Below, one piece after another: positions 24,851 through 36,800 of a DNA stretch of 64,000 nt (position 1 is its first letter; every line of letters begins with the position of its first letter). The notes beneath the pieces are model-generated. The model worked only from the letters and a program-made list of their open reading frames with translations. It did no database searches and was not told where the DNA came from. The stretch covers positions 167,276,001 to 167,340,000 of the forward strand of contig JBITNC010000001.1 in the NCBI GenBank assembly GCA_050084985.1. Reading direction: 5' to 3'. The translations under genes and the position numbers were made by a program. The stretch comes from Nageia nagi. Its lineage: Eukaryota > Plantae > Pinophyta.

Positions 24851-27800
24851 CCAGTTAGCAATGTAGCCTGTATCCATTAAAAATTTTATTTGTTCTTGGT
24901 GTTTCTATCTTATATAATATGTGTGGAGTTAAAAACATATTTCTTTAACATGCCTTCTTTGTACTTGTGATGCACCATTAGCTATGAGTTTCCTCTAATC
25001 TTTTTTACTGGTTATTATTTGTCATATTTGTGTTAATAATTAATTTAAATGCTTATGAGTTACTTTATTTCATTTCTTTCAAGCTATTTATCACTCCAGA
25101 CTACTAATTTTTTTTATCATCTGTTCATGAGATATAGAGATGGTAATCATAATTGCTGTATCTGCATTAAACAAATTGCCAAAGGTTCAGAAACTGGCTA
25201 TTGCTTATTGGTTTTTCAACAATTTCAAGTGTTGGACACTATTTTGATTGTCTGGTTAATAGTATACAAATTCAGCGAATATTCATGAATTTTCCTGCCA
25301 CCTGTATTTTCCTCAAAAATTCGCTAGATTCACCGGATTTAAGTGATGAATTTTGCTTTCGAATAGACATCCAAAATTCGTCAAATAGATTGCAAATTCG
25401 CCAAAAAAATGCCAGTCAAAGGGTTGGTTGATCGTTTTTTTAGAAATCGGAAAATTCACAAATATTTGTTGAATATACATTCAAAATCCGGCAAATTCGG
25501 CACAAATTCATGGCAAGACAGAAACAACAGGGAATGAAGGGAGAAACCCAAATTTTATTTCTCATTTCGCTCATTTGTCATGTGGAAGTTTGGGAGGAGG
25601 GAGTGAAGTTGAGGGAGCATTCTTGCAACCTTGGAGGTTGATTTCGTGACTTGGAGGTTGCATTTGTCCATCAACTATGATCATTTGTGGCTTTGTCCAC
25701 TTTGGGAGAATTGAGAAAATTATTGAGGTTTAATTTCAGATTTTCTCACTTTCTTACCTAAATCAGGATGCCTAAAGAGTCGGATAAATTTTGTCAATAT
25801 CTAACACCACTAGAAGGCATTCTAGGTTGTTCAACGAAGCTAAAATGTAATCGTTGTGGAAAGGAATTCACTGGAACGATTAGTAGTTCAAAATCCATAT
25901 TTCCTATCAACCAAGGAGAGATGTGGAAAGTTGCCCAAGTGCAAGTCCAAATCTTGCACTAGAGACAACCAGAGCCCTAGAAGCTGTAGCAAGGAAAAGG
26001 ATTAAGAAGGTTGCTTTTCAAATGGAGCTGTAGATGAATTCTTCAAGTGCTGCAAGTGGAAGTCAAGCTTATGTTAGTGCTTCTTTTCGACCTAGTGGAA
26101 CTCGAATCTCTTCCTACTTTGTGCCACGAAAACATGAATGAGAAGAAGCATATAGATTTGATGGTCTCCAAATGGTATATTATGAAGGACTATAGATCAC
26201 CACCACCAGGATCCCATTTTGGCGATCGATGTTCGATGTAGTTTGTGCGATTGGGGCTAGGTACAAGGTCCCCACTCATTCAGATTTGTAGGGGCCTCTT
26301 ATGTAGGATCTCAAGCAAGAGTGCTTGGATAGGTACATTAAAATTTAGTTGTTATATTTTAAAGATTTCTTCTTCACTTGTATTTTTTACTTTTAATTGC
26401 ATTTTTGTAGATTTGTATTTGGTATTTAGTAATTACTAATTTAGTATTTACTACTATTTAGTAATTTACTATTTAGTATTTTAATTTTTAGTTATTTTGC
26501 TTTTTGTTTTGTTTTATTCAAACTGTCTAAAGAGTCTTGAAAGCTAACAGGTTGCACCATACCATCTGACAAGTGGATAGATATAAAGGCTAGAAACCTA
26601 ATTAATTTCTCTGTGTATTGTTTATGGGGTTCAATATTCATCAGATCCATTGATGCATCTGCACATACAAAGGATGCAATTTTGCTATGTGACCTATTAG
26701 ACCAGTTTGTGCAGGAGCTGAGCATGGAGCACGTTGTCTAGGTGGTCACGGACAACATTGCCAACTATGTTGCAACCAAGAGGATGCTTATGGACAAGTG
26801 TCCCTCCATTGTCTAGACTCCATGTGCTTGCCATTTCATTGATCTTCTTTTGGAGGATATAGGCAGATTGGATTGGCTGAGAGAGGTGGTTGATCAAGCA
26901 AGCTCAATCATGAAGTTCATTTATAGTAAAAGCACCATTCTTAGCATGATGAGGGGATTCACCAACAGGAGGGAGTTGTTGCACCTAAGAGTCACACGAT
27001 TTGCCTCCAACTTCATCTCCCTTTAGCCAATGCAGAGGTGCATGCTTGAGCTCTAGACAATGTTTGTTTCTAGAGAGTGGAATGCTTCTCCCATGAGCAT
27101 GAGGTTAGAGGGCCAAGTGGTGGTTGCTTTGATAGCCAAGCAAGACTTTTGGATGGGGATTATAGATATTTGTGCGGCAAATGTGTCACTTGTTGTCATC
27201 CTTCACTTAGTTGATGGAGATAGGCCTGCTATGAGCTACCTGTATGAGGCCATGGATAAGCCCAAGGAGGCCATCAAGAAATGGTATGAGGGCCACCCTG
27301 AGGATGATAACGAGTTTGGTGACAAGTACATCATCTTTTGGGAAATCATTGATAAAAATGGAACAACATACTCCATCCTATTCATGGACTAGGGGTCATC
27401 CTGAACCCTAGCATATATTTTGCACCAAACTCCTAGTACATGATTGATCATGAGGTTAGGCAACAAAGTGCATATCCACTATGGAGAGTGATCCCATCAT
27501 TCATGCCCAACTCTTCAATCATCTTGAGAAGTACAAGAATTCACAAGACTTATTTGGATATGGTGTTGCTAAAGTGTCACGGTTTTTGCTTGCTGTAGGT
27601 GAGTAAAGTTCATTTGTTTTTTGTAGTTTATAACTTTACACATTTAGGCTTTTACCAATTTAATTTTTTCTGATTTGATTTGTATTTTAGAATTGTAGTG
27701 GATGCATTTTGGGTATGAGACACTCGAGTTGCAAAAATTAGCCATTTGCATCCTCAATCAAACATATAGTGCTTCAAGATGTGAACATAATTGGAACACC

Positions 27801-28399
27801 TTTGAAAAAATTCACTTCAAGAAGCATAACATGTTAGAAATTTGATTCATTTCAATTTTAATTCTTCTTAGCTTTCAAGATTCAATGGACAATTCTTACT
27901 AGTTCTCACTATGGCGAAATTCATTTAGTATTATTAGGTTGACGACATAATGCTTAAATGATATTGTTTATGTCTATGTCAACTTGCGATTGTTAGTGAG
28001 GCAAATGCAAAAGAAGGATGTGTTTTGCCCGCACAACACACCCCAAAATACAAGATTTTGGGGACCCTATTTTTGTAAAGGCAATGAGGTTAATTGCGTG
28101 GATAATGGTCTCGGGTGATAGGGCAATTGATTCTGAGCAATGTAAAAGATGATATCAATGAGTGATGCATGGAGATTACCTGTTGAAGTCTCTGAAGTGA
28201 TTCAGAGCATTCAGTGACCAGTTTTGGAGCCAAGGAACCAAGATTTGAGTGACACCAAAGTACAAGATTTTTTGAGTCTTGGGAAGGCCTATGGAGATGG
28301 GGTTATTTTTGAAGTTTGCCAGAGTAGATAGTTGAAGATGCCAAGCTGTGAAAGATGAGGAAACAAGCATATTCAAACTTGGAACTTCTTAGAAAAAGT

Positions 28400-30240
28400 C
28401 GAAATTGCAAAATCTATGACAAGGGGGACTTTTGGAGCTTTCATGATATCAAAGCTAGGAAAAATGCACCTAAGGAAGATTCCATCAAGTTCAAAGTTTG
28501 CCATAGTAGGATTTAGAGGACATGATTCAATGAAGGACCCCATTTTAGGCACCTTTAGGCTTGTAAATGTTGAAATTCGACCAAGTTTACTCCCTTCAAA
28601 GTCTAGGTGTAGTTTTCAAGGGTTTGAGGGCATCAAAGGCTAAAAAATGGCACCTAAGGAGAAATGGCGTGCAATGGATCGAATTTTGATCAAATTTTCG
28701 AAGACACCAAGTTATGAAGGGTCAAAAATTGAACATGTTTGGTCTTTGAACTTTTCGAAATTGACCAAAATTGCAAAGTCTAGAGGGAGGCAAATATTTT
28801 TGGGGTTTGTCATCATCAAATCTTGAAAAATGTGTGCCTAGAGCAAGGTTGGCCCATTTTGACCTTCACGAAATCGAAGTTTGAAAGCATAAAGAGGTGA
28901 AGGGCAAGGAATAAGGCATGTTTGGTCTTGGAAGTTTGCAATTTGGACCAAAGACACTCCAAGGAGAGCTAGGTGCATGTTTTTGAAGTTTGAGATCATC
29001 AAACAACGAAAACTAGCGCCTAGGCATGGAATAGACCAAATTTGACATTTTTTGAATGTGAAATTTGAAAACAAGAAGTTGTGAAGGGTCAAATTCTGTT
29101 CAAATTTGCTCTTGAAGGTTCATAAAAAAGATCAAAATTGCTCCAAGGGGATCTAGGTGCACATTTGAGGGTTTGAAGACATCAAAGAGGAAAAAATGGC
29201 GCCTAGCCCAATTGCACTCAAAAATGTTGAAATTTTTATTTAGGCAAATCAAAATTTGGGCACAAGGGTATTGCGAAAGATCAAAAATCAAATGCTTCTT
29301 GACTTGGAGGTTTTGAAATTGCACCAAAATTAAAGCTTCCAAACCTAGGCACAAGATTTGAGGGTTTGATGCCACCAAAGGCCAAAAACGTGTGCCTAGA
29401 GCATGAAAACACCAATTTGACTAAAATTTTGAATTGGTTTTTGAAGATAAATGCACATGGAGGGTTAAAATTCATGCATGTTTGACTTTGAAATTTTGCA
29501 AAATGACCAAGGCATGCGCTTCTCAAGCCTAAGCGCACATTTCAAGGCTTTGCCATCATCAAAAGGAAAACAATGGTGCCTAAGGTGGAGATAAGCTAAA
29601 TTTTGACCAAAAATTAAAATTTCATTTCAAGACATGGAAGTGTGCACAATCAAATTTCAAGTATTTTGGCTAGAGGAATCTTCAAGATGATTTGACTAAA
29701 ATTTCAAATTGGTTTTTGAAGATACATGTGCATGGAGGGTCAAAATTCATGCATGTTTGCCTTTGAAATTTTGCAAAATGATCAAGGAATGCGCCTTTCA
29801 AGCCTAGGTGCACATTTCAAGGCTTTGCCATCATCAAAAGGAAAACAATGGCACCTAAGGTGGAGATAGGCTCAATTTTGACCAAAAATTGAAATTTCAT
29901 TTGAAGACATGGGAGTGTGCACAATCAAATTTCAAGCATTTTGGCTAGAAGAATCTTCAAAATGGCTCAAAATTGCATCTCCTAAGGCTAGACACATTTT
30001 TTTGAAGTTTGCATCATCAAAGACAAAAAATGTGCGCTTAGGAGGAAAATGGGTCCATTTTGGTCAAAATCTCATTTGACATCACGAGGGTATGCACAAT
30101 GAAATTTCACACATGTTGGTCCAAGAAGTGCTCAAAAATGACAAAAAATGCTCATTGTACACCTAGGTGTAGATTCTTGAGCTTTGGCAACATCAAACAT
30201 GAAAAAAACATGCCTAGGGTGAGAAAGACCTAACTAGCAT
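28400..30240. repeat. Diverged ~184-bp tandem array (~10 units) in the U3 of LTR-B, including a younger 275-bp duplication
   Basis: Motif CATCAAA-N~12-ATG..(A/G)CCTA(A/G)G recurs near 28440, 28625, 28808, 28992, 29175, 29367, 29551, 29826, 30010, 30186. Highly similar blocks start at 29416 and 29691. Confidence 0.8.
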
Positions 30241-31411
30241 GCAAAATGCACCAAGGGAAGTGATCATATGAGGCTAACTAGCATGCAAAACACAATAAAA
30301 GCACACTTGAGCACCAAAACTTGAGCATTTGAACAACAAACTTGAGCATTTGAGCACCAAACTTAAGCATTTTGAGCAAACTTGAGCACCACACTTGGGC
30401 ACTAAACCTAATGTTACATCAAAATGCTCAAAATCTGAAAATTGATTCCAAGCCCTAAAATCCCTCAAATCAAATCCTAAATACCTTCAAGATCCATTGC
30501 CTATCCATCCATGGCCTTATTGGATCCATTCGGAAACTTTTCAAATTTTTTCCAAAATTGCCCCCTTCATTTTCGAGAATTTAAACCAAAAATCCATTTT
30601 TTTTGAAAAATCCTCACCGAATTGCTTCAAAGTTTTCCAAGAACACCGAAATGTAGATTGAATCCATATTTGAGGAAAAATGGCACTTGTTTATGGTGGA
30701 GGAGATCCAAAACAGCCTCAAGATTTTGAAGATCCGTTGAAGAAGGCTCAATTTCAGTGTATATAGCATGTGGTTAAAATAAGGAGTTTTTGCTCCTACC
30801 ACTTGAAATGTAATTTTGTTTTTAACTTTGCATTTCAATTTCATTTAGGTTAGAATTAGGGCAACACTCGGTTGCCCTCTCAAAAAAAGTCTATAAATAG
30901 ATCCTAGGGGGTCTCATTTGTGGCAAAAATGTTCAAGTATGAAAAAAGATTATATTTAGCGAAAATTGAAATTTTTTGTAGAAGGGGAGCAATTTATGTA
31001 TTATTGCATAACTCTTTTATGAAGCTAATACAAGTGGCTAAATATTGATTCAAAGTGGATTCATCATCGATTGGAGTCGTGATTTGATCTTTAAGAGCTT
31101 TTTGTGACGATTTGAATATTTTCATGCTTCTCTTTGAAAACTCATGAGCTTTAGGAGAATTTGTTGAAAATATTTTAAAGTATTTGAATCGTTCCAAATC
31201 GTTGCTAATCCATAACTTGCATGTTTAAATGTTAAGTATTCTGAATTGACTTTCTTTTATGACATCTAATTAGATTTCTCATTCAAAACCAATCTATTTG
31301 CTTGTTTTTCGCTAAGTTCTTTTGATTGTCGATCAATCCCATTTATGGAATTCTGAAAATCAGCTTTTCTTTGTGCTCTTCTTTGAAATTATTCGGACAA
31401 TAGTGTCATTT

Positions 31412-31489
31412 ATTTCAAAGCTTAATGAATTGAATGAGATTTCCTAACCGATTTCAAAGCTTAATGAATTGAATGAGATTTCCTAACCG
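31412..31489. repeat. Perfect 39-bp tandem duplication
   Basis: ATTTCAAAGCTTAATGAATTGAATGAGATTTCCTAACCG x2. Confidence 0.95.
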
Positions 31490-33983
31490 ATCTGAAAGAA
31501 AGATAACTTAGACAATGCTACATTGTGGTGTTCTTCTTTGAAATCTAGCCAAGTATTGCCTCATTCTCAAACTCTTTTTTGCTTTACTTTTCACTTTCTT
31601 TAAAAATTTAAAACAACCTTCGCGCTTCATACATAAACACCTCGATCCCTAAAAACAAACATGAGTTAACATCCATTTCTTCTATTACACCACTAATCTG
31701 ATTTCTGAAGAAGACTTACACAATTTAAGTTTGCCTTAGCAACACAAGCTTTTGAAAGAAACCTTGGGGCATTAGTCCTTACAAGAGGAGATTAGTAACA
31801 CTATCTCACCTGATTCTAGGTTGCTTTCGCATCTAATCACCTCCAACGATAAATTGTATAAGAGGAAAGAATTCCATCCCAACAAGATGATGAGGGACCT
31901 ATTAACCTATCTTCCATTGATCCCATATGTAGTGATGCACCTCTATGCAACATAGTGGAAGAGCTAGAGGACCAAGTACATGAGGAGATTCGGGTTGCAT
32001 GACTTGACTTGGAGGAGGAGATGGATACACTTACAATCATAAAGGAGGAGGAGAATGTGGTTGTGCACTTGGAGGATTCATTGCCTCCTATGGACTTTGG
32101 TATTGGACCTTTACCAAAGATTGAGGATGATTATTTGCTCTACCAATACCATAGGTAGAGGCAATGCCAAACAAGATTGCCTCCTTGTAGGACTAGTAAA
32201 CCACGCTCTCCTACTCCTACACCTACTAGTGGAGCACTTAGTAGTCGTATTGGTGGTCGATTAACTAATAAAAAGGCTAGAGCCTCTTGCCATTCACATT
32301 GATGCCTTGACATTGTATTTAGTTATTTACTATTTTTTGCACTTGTTGGCACTTGGCAGTATGAGAGTCTGAGACATTGAGACTTATAAATGGACATTTG
32401 ACATACATTTTGTATATGACTTTTTTTTATTATTTTAGAGTAAATTGCTCTTTTTTTGATGCGAGGGATGTGTGGAGAGGCCATCAGCTCGTCGGGCATT
32501 GTGTTTCCACAGGAACGCTCCCAACCATAGAAGCCATGCACCATACATCCACAACGCACGAGACACTCACTTGTAGAGCACAAGCCTCACCTCTGCTTCA
32601 CATTCGAGCTGAAGTACACGAATGTGACGTTGGAGTCTAGTCCATCTTGCCCAAACTGTTTAACCTGCCATGCTATCCGACCATGTATGAATCACCAAAC
32701 TACGCTGGATCGGACCTGTTAAATGACATGTGCACATGCAACGTAGGCTATGACATGATTGTTGTGACCTAACCAAACCATTTAGCCAGCCTGACCATCT
32801 CGTGTTCCGAGTTGTGCCTACATGCTTTGCGTGCGCACTACCCTCTTGCCATGTCTAGAGAGGATCACCCTACTGTGATGTCCCACTTGAAAAGCTCCAG
32901 CCAGTGGCCTTAGGAGACTTGAATAGAGGACCTACTAGGAAGCACCCACTAGCTCTAACCATTCAATCACTGCTACAAGGACTTGTAGATGACTTTTTAT
33001 TTCATACGTTTTTCTATATTGATGTTACGATTTATAAATATGAATTATGATCAATTATTGTTTTCTTTAAATTTATATCATGAATGTGTTGTTGGATGAT
33101 ATGGCCCATACAGGAATGATTTATGGCAATTAGATAAGCATATTCTATAGGAAAAAATAAAAATATTGCACATTTTTTTTGTATTTTTTAATGCCAAGTT
33201 TTTAAAAAAAAATTTTAATGTACCACTTTTTTTTCCCATTTTATGTGCCATGTTTTTTTCCCATTTTTCCTATCTTTTTCCCAAAAATTTTACTCTTTTT
33301 TTAAAATTTGACCCAAAACCGTTTTTCCTCTGAACCCAAATTTGTATACACTGGTCTGGTTTTGTGCTGAACTTCATGGCTTGCATTAAAAAAGTTATTG
33401 GAAGAACTGGAAGCAAATAGACCCATTTGTGACACCAAAGTGATATTACATATCCTGGAGTGCAGCATATAACTTATGCTTCTATTTTGGATGGTGCTTT
33501 TGATGAGTAACTAGGAGAATAGTGGAGGCAGCTGTGCTCATTGCCAACAATTTTATATTTAGATATAGTGTAATCTACCTGTCACATAGTAAGTTCTCCC
33601 CTTTTGTCTTTCTGCACAATCCTAGGTCCTCGAAGATGATCGTCTTGTAGAATTACTTGGAGCAAGTTATTGGGGATATGGGAAAGTCTTATAAAATGAA
33701 ATGAATGATGCTTAATCCTCATAGTGGATACAGATATAATTGCTTGTGGTAGCATATATTTCTCATGTTGCACTAGCTATATGACGTGAATCATCTGCAT
33801 CTTTCATATATACAGCATTTATGTCGATTTGTAGTTTTATGCTGAGCCTCTGGAAGTGTCTGGTAAAATACTATGAATATATCATGGATTTGCAAATTGG
33901 AAAGAGTTGAAATCCTGCTTGGTAGTTTTAAAATTTTGACCAAGTTACTTTTTTTGTTCAATGCCTATTCTCATCCTTTGCAG

Positions 33984-34079
33984 GAGGTTACACAAAAGAA
34001 TCGTCATTTAAAGGTTCTTATAGATCAGCTTCGAGATCTTGTCAGTGACATATCAATGTGGCAGAGTCCAGTATTATGA
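33984..34079 (+). CDS. MED30: MED30 exon 3 (31 codons plus stop)
   Basis: [31 protein letters not shown] matches the plant MED30 C-terminus (KN.H.K.LID.LR.LI.DIS.WQSP). TTTGCAG acceptor. Confidence 0.93.
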   Translation, partial: EVTQKNRHLKVLIDQLRDLVSDISMWQSPVL

Positions 34080-34390
34080 ATATGCTTGGCAGATAAAATC
34101 TCATTGAAGAATAACTGAATAATAGTTTAGAAGACAGGATCTCTCATTTGGTTAACATAATTATTTTTAAATCAAATCCTTAATGATGTATGTTCTTTGC
34201 TACAATTTTATTATCATCCAGTATCATACATAATGCTCCTAGTGTAAATTTACATATTGGTTGAAACTAGGTTTGATGATACTTTTAATAATTGCAAGAG
34301 TTTTCATATCATGTAGGTGTAAAGGTAAAGGTAAAGTCAACATTTAATGTCCTTTAAACCTATTTGTTAGTAGTACCTATTAAGAGTTAT

Positions 34391-34483
34391 TAAATATCAC
34401 CAATGTAGGGTGTGGGAGTGGAACTTAGGACCTTCCATGTGGATGCTTTCACACCTCACGTGTCTCCTAACTCTCCTAACAAG
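34391..34483 (-). mobile_element. tRNA-derived SINE-like repeat, copy 1
   Basis: Clearly homologous to 51678-51770. B-box-like GTTCCACTC on minus (34416-34424). Confidence 0.55.
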
Positions 34484-35959
34484 AGGTCTTCAAGGTGGAA
34501 GGTCTCTTTTTCTCGTATTAAATTGTAATCTGATGCATGTGCATAATGGGGTCTTTAGTACTTTTTAACTTGATACTATGTTCATCATTATTAAGATTGT
34601 GCAGAGTAAAGAAATAAAGACGTAATTAGGTGAGCACTGAAGTTGGAGAGCTGACTTTGATCCGTTTAGGAAATGTAATATGGAATTTTTGGTAACTTTA
34701 TAATAGCTGCTAATAAAATGCTTATTAACTCAGAATTTGATGAACCCTCCTAGATGTTTGTAGCTACTGTAGCCATGAAGTTCTGCGTAATATATGTTGA
34801 GTATTTGGTTGTGGTAATGTTTTTTAAGGGTAAAATTGTGTTTTTGCTTATATTTGCTGTCTATTTTCTTATTTTCATTATATGTTTATTTATCCTAGCC
34901 TCATTGAGATCCTTTTCGTGAAACTACAGGAAGTCATCAATATATGGCATGGTCAATGAGTTGATATTGTTTTCGCCTCATGAACATGAGTGTGCTTAAT
35001 AGGAGCCAAAACTGGAAACATTATAGCAGTACTTGTTCATATTTGGTTAAGACAACTATTTTTAATGATTGTAGTTCTCATCTGTTTTTCAATACTTGAT
35101 TCAAAGTTAAGATCTTTTAATTTCTTCTTTAATTGGTTCAATTTCTATATTATCTGTTGCTTTCACTTGGTAATTTTATTGAACCTTAGCTCAACTATTT
35201 TAACTATTTGAACCCTAATAAAAATATAGAGTAATTCTTTTTATGCTACAAGTCGCAATAAGCTGTCCTTTGTTGAATGTAAATTGTACATAGCTGATCT
35301 TCTTTGATATCCATTAAAATGCAATAGCATTTGGTTCTGTAATGTCATCCTCAAAACATCAGTGCCTAGCTTAAATGAGGAAACAAGGCCATAAGTTGGA
35401 AGTTGCAGCAAATTCACACATGAAAATGGATGCCACAACTTTTCAGTTGCTAGTGAGCAGAAGAAGAGAGTGCATATATGAAATTCTGAATAGATGTCAG
35501 TTGACCTTTCATGTCCAGAAGCAACTGCCTGAAGTAGAGGCATACTTTTGAATTTCAATTGTACTACTTTCTGTCAAATCTTTACTATGTGCAAGAGCAT
35601 CCAATGATGTTTTATCTTGAGATATCATGACTATGGTGCTGATTGTGGATAAATGAAGCCTTTTGCCTCTTGCACACTAGAACAATATTGCTAAGCAAAT
35701 TATAGAAATCAAGAATATACCAGTTCTTAATAGAATCAATGAATAACAAAATGTAAATATTGATAATGTCAAAATTTGAGAATATGATATTAAAGAATAA
35801 TCTTCAAATGTAGTTGCCACTTTGAGAGCTACAATCTTTGATCTTGTTGATATAAATGGAAATAAGAAATATTATTTGAAGATGATGACCCAAATGATTT
35901 GTAGTACTATCTACTTACAAATATAAATAAGATCTTATTAATTACAATTCTATCTTAGG

Positions 35960-36800
35960 TCCTGAGCCAATCAAATATTCTAGACATGGTCAAGGTGCTT
36001 ATGTGACCTCCCTTTTTAGAAAAGCCTTTATCTTCAAAGCAATAAACTTTTAAAGTATCTCCATTGGTTCCCATGTGTTTTCTTTGAGAAAGTATTTCCA
36101 ATTGTTGAGTGCTTGATACACCAATCGTTGCCTTATTTTTTTTTTTTCTCTTCTTCATCACATCTTTAGGTTCCATTATTATCTTTCCCTTTCATCCAAT
36201 TCTATAAGTTTTGTTTGTGTGTGCACTTTTTCTTCCATCTCTTGTTTCAAACAAGAGACATGAAATGTGTTGTATTTTTTTGGATGTTAGTAATAGTTAC
36301 AATTGTATATCTGTTTATACAGTTGCAATTTGAGGAATATCATGTCTCCCACAAATTTTCTTTCCAAAAAATGTTGATTTTTTTGTTGCTTTATTTTGTT
36401 GTGTTCAGCAAAGTTTATCTCTTAGAACTCACATTGATTTTCTTTGTTCTATGAATTCATCCACTTCTTCCAATTTAGAAGCTTTTGATAAATAGTCAAT
36501 GGTGGATAGTTTTTTTTTTCCCATATAATGCTTCAAAAAGAGACATTTTTGTAGATAATTGGTACATTGTATTACCATTATTTCCCCCATGGAAGCCATT
36601 TTACCCACTGGTTTTGTTTATCATGTAAAAAATCTCAAACTATATTCTCAAACATTTGAGAATCATTGCCCATATATTTTAGCAATTGTAAAAAACGTAA
36701 CTTTGGGTTTGGGTAAAAAAGAAAACTATTTTCTCATGTCTTGTAACCTTAATAATTCTCTGTCTATGAAGTTTGGGGTCGAAGCATTTATCAAGAAACA
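35960..36800 (-). mobile_element. Degraded Gypsy integrase/chromodomain 3' remnant
   Basis: TWEP and FEDKGFSKKGGH (typical Gypsy pol end / PPT region) at ~36000-36080; PQT..TE-like remnant near 36760-36780. Confidence 0.4.

Larger units (their letters stand above)
28021..31884 (+). mobile_element. Solo LTR-B (3,864 bp), same family group as LTR-A, inserted in the hAT transposase
   Basis: Termini TGTTTTGCCCGCACAACACACCCC...GGAAAGAATTCCATCCCAACA. TSD GGATG (28016-28020)/AGATG (31885-31889). TATAAATA at 30892-30899. Confidence 0.92.
25768..32290 (+). pseudogene. hAT transposase pseudogene (BED finger, DUF659/catalytic, hAT dimerisation domain), intron-containing, last exon split by LTR-B
   Basis: MPKESDKF..KLKCNRCGKEFTG; GCTIPSDKW; VVTDNIANYVA..TPCACHFIDLLLEDIG; VTRFASNF; PAMSYLYEAMD; LQKLAICILNQTYSASRCEHNWNTF; LNDIVYVYVNLRLL..KKD|DEGPINLSSIDP reads through once LTR-B is removed. 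One intron is GT27599..AG27690. Several stops and frameshifts. Confidence 0.9.
25258..33353 (+). mobile_element. Complete hAT DNA transposon (~4.2 kb excluding the inserted solo LTR-B)
   Basis: Perfect 8-bp TSD GTCTGGTT (25250-25257 / 33354-33361). Imperfect TIRs AATAGTATACAAATTC vs CAGTGTATACAAATTT (12/16). Contains a full decayed transposase. Confidence 0.93.
8718..33983 (+). other. MED30: MED30 intron 2 (25,266 bp, GT-AG, filled with nested transposons)
   Basis: GTATTA donor at 8718; pyrimidine tract plus TTTGCAG acceptor ending at 33983. Joining gives continuous MED30 sequence ..IELRE|EVTQKN.. Confidence 0.88.

Noticed and set aside
34900-35700. Possible additional MED30 3'-UTR exon or separate small gene (ORF 35241-35558)
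   Set aside because: No recognisable protein similarity and a non-ATG start; UTR splicing cannot be judged without transcripts
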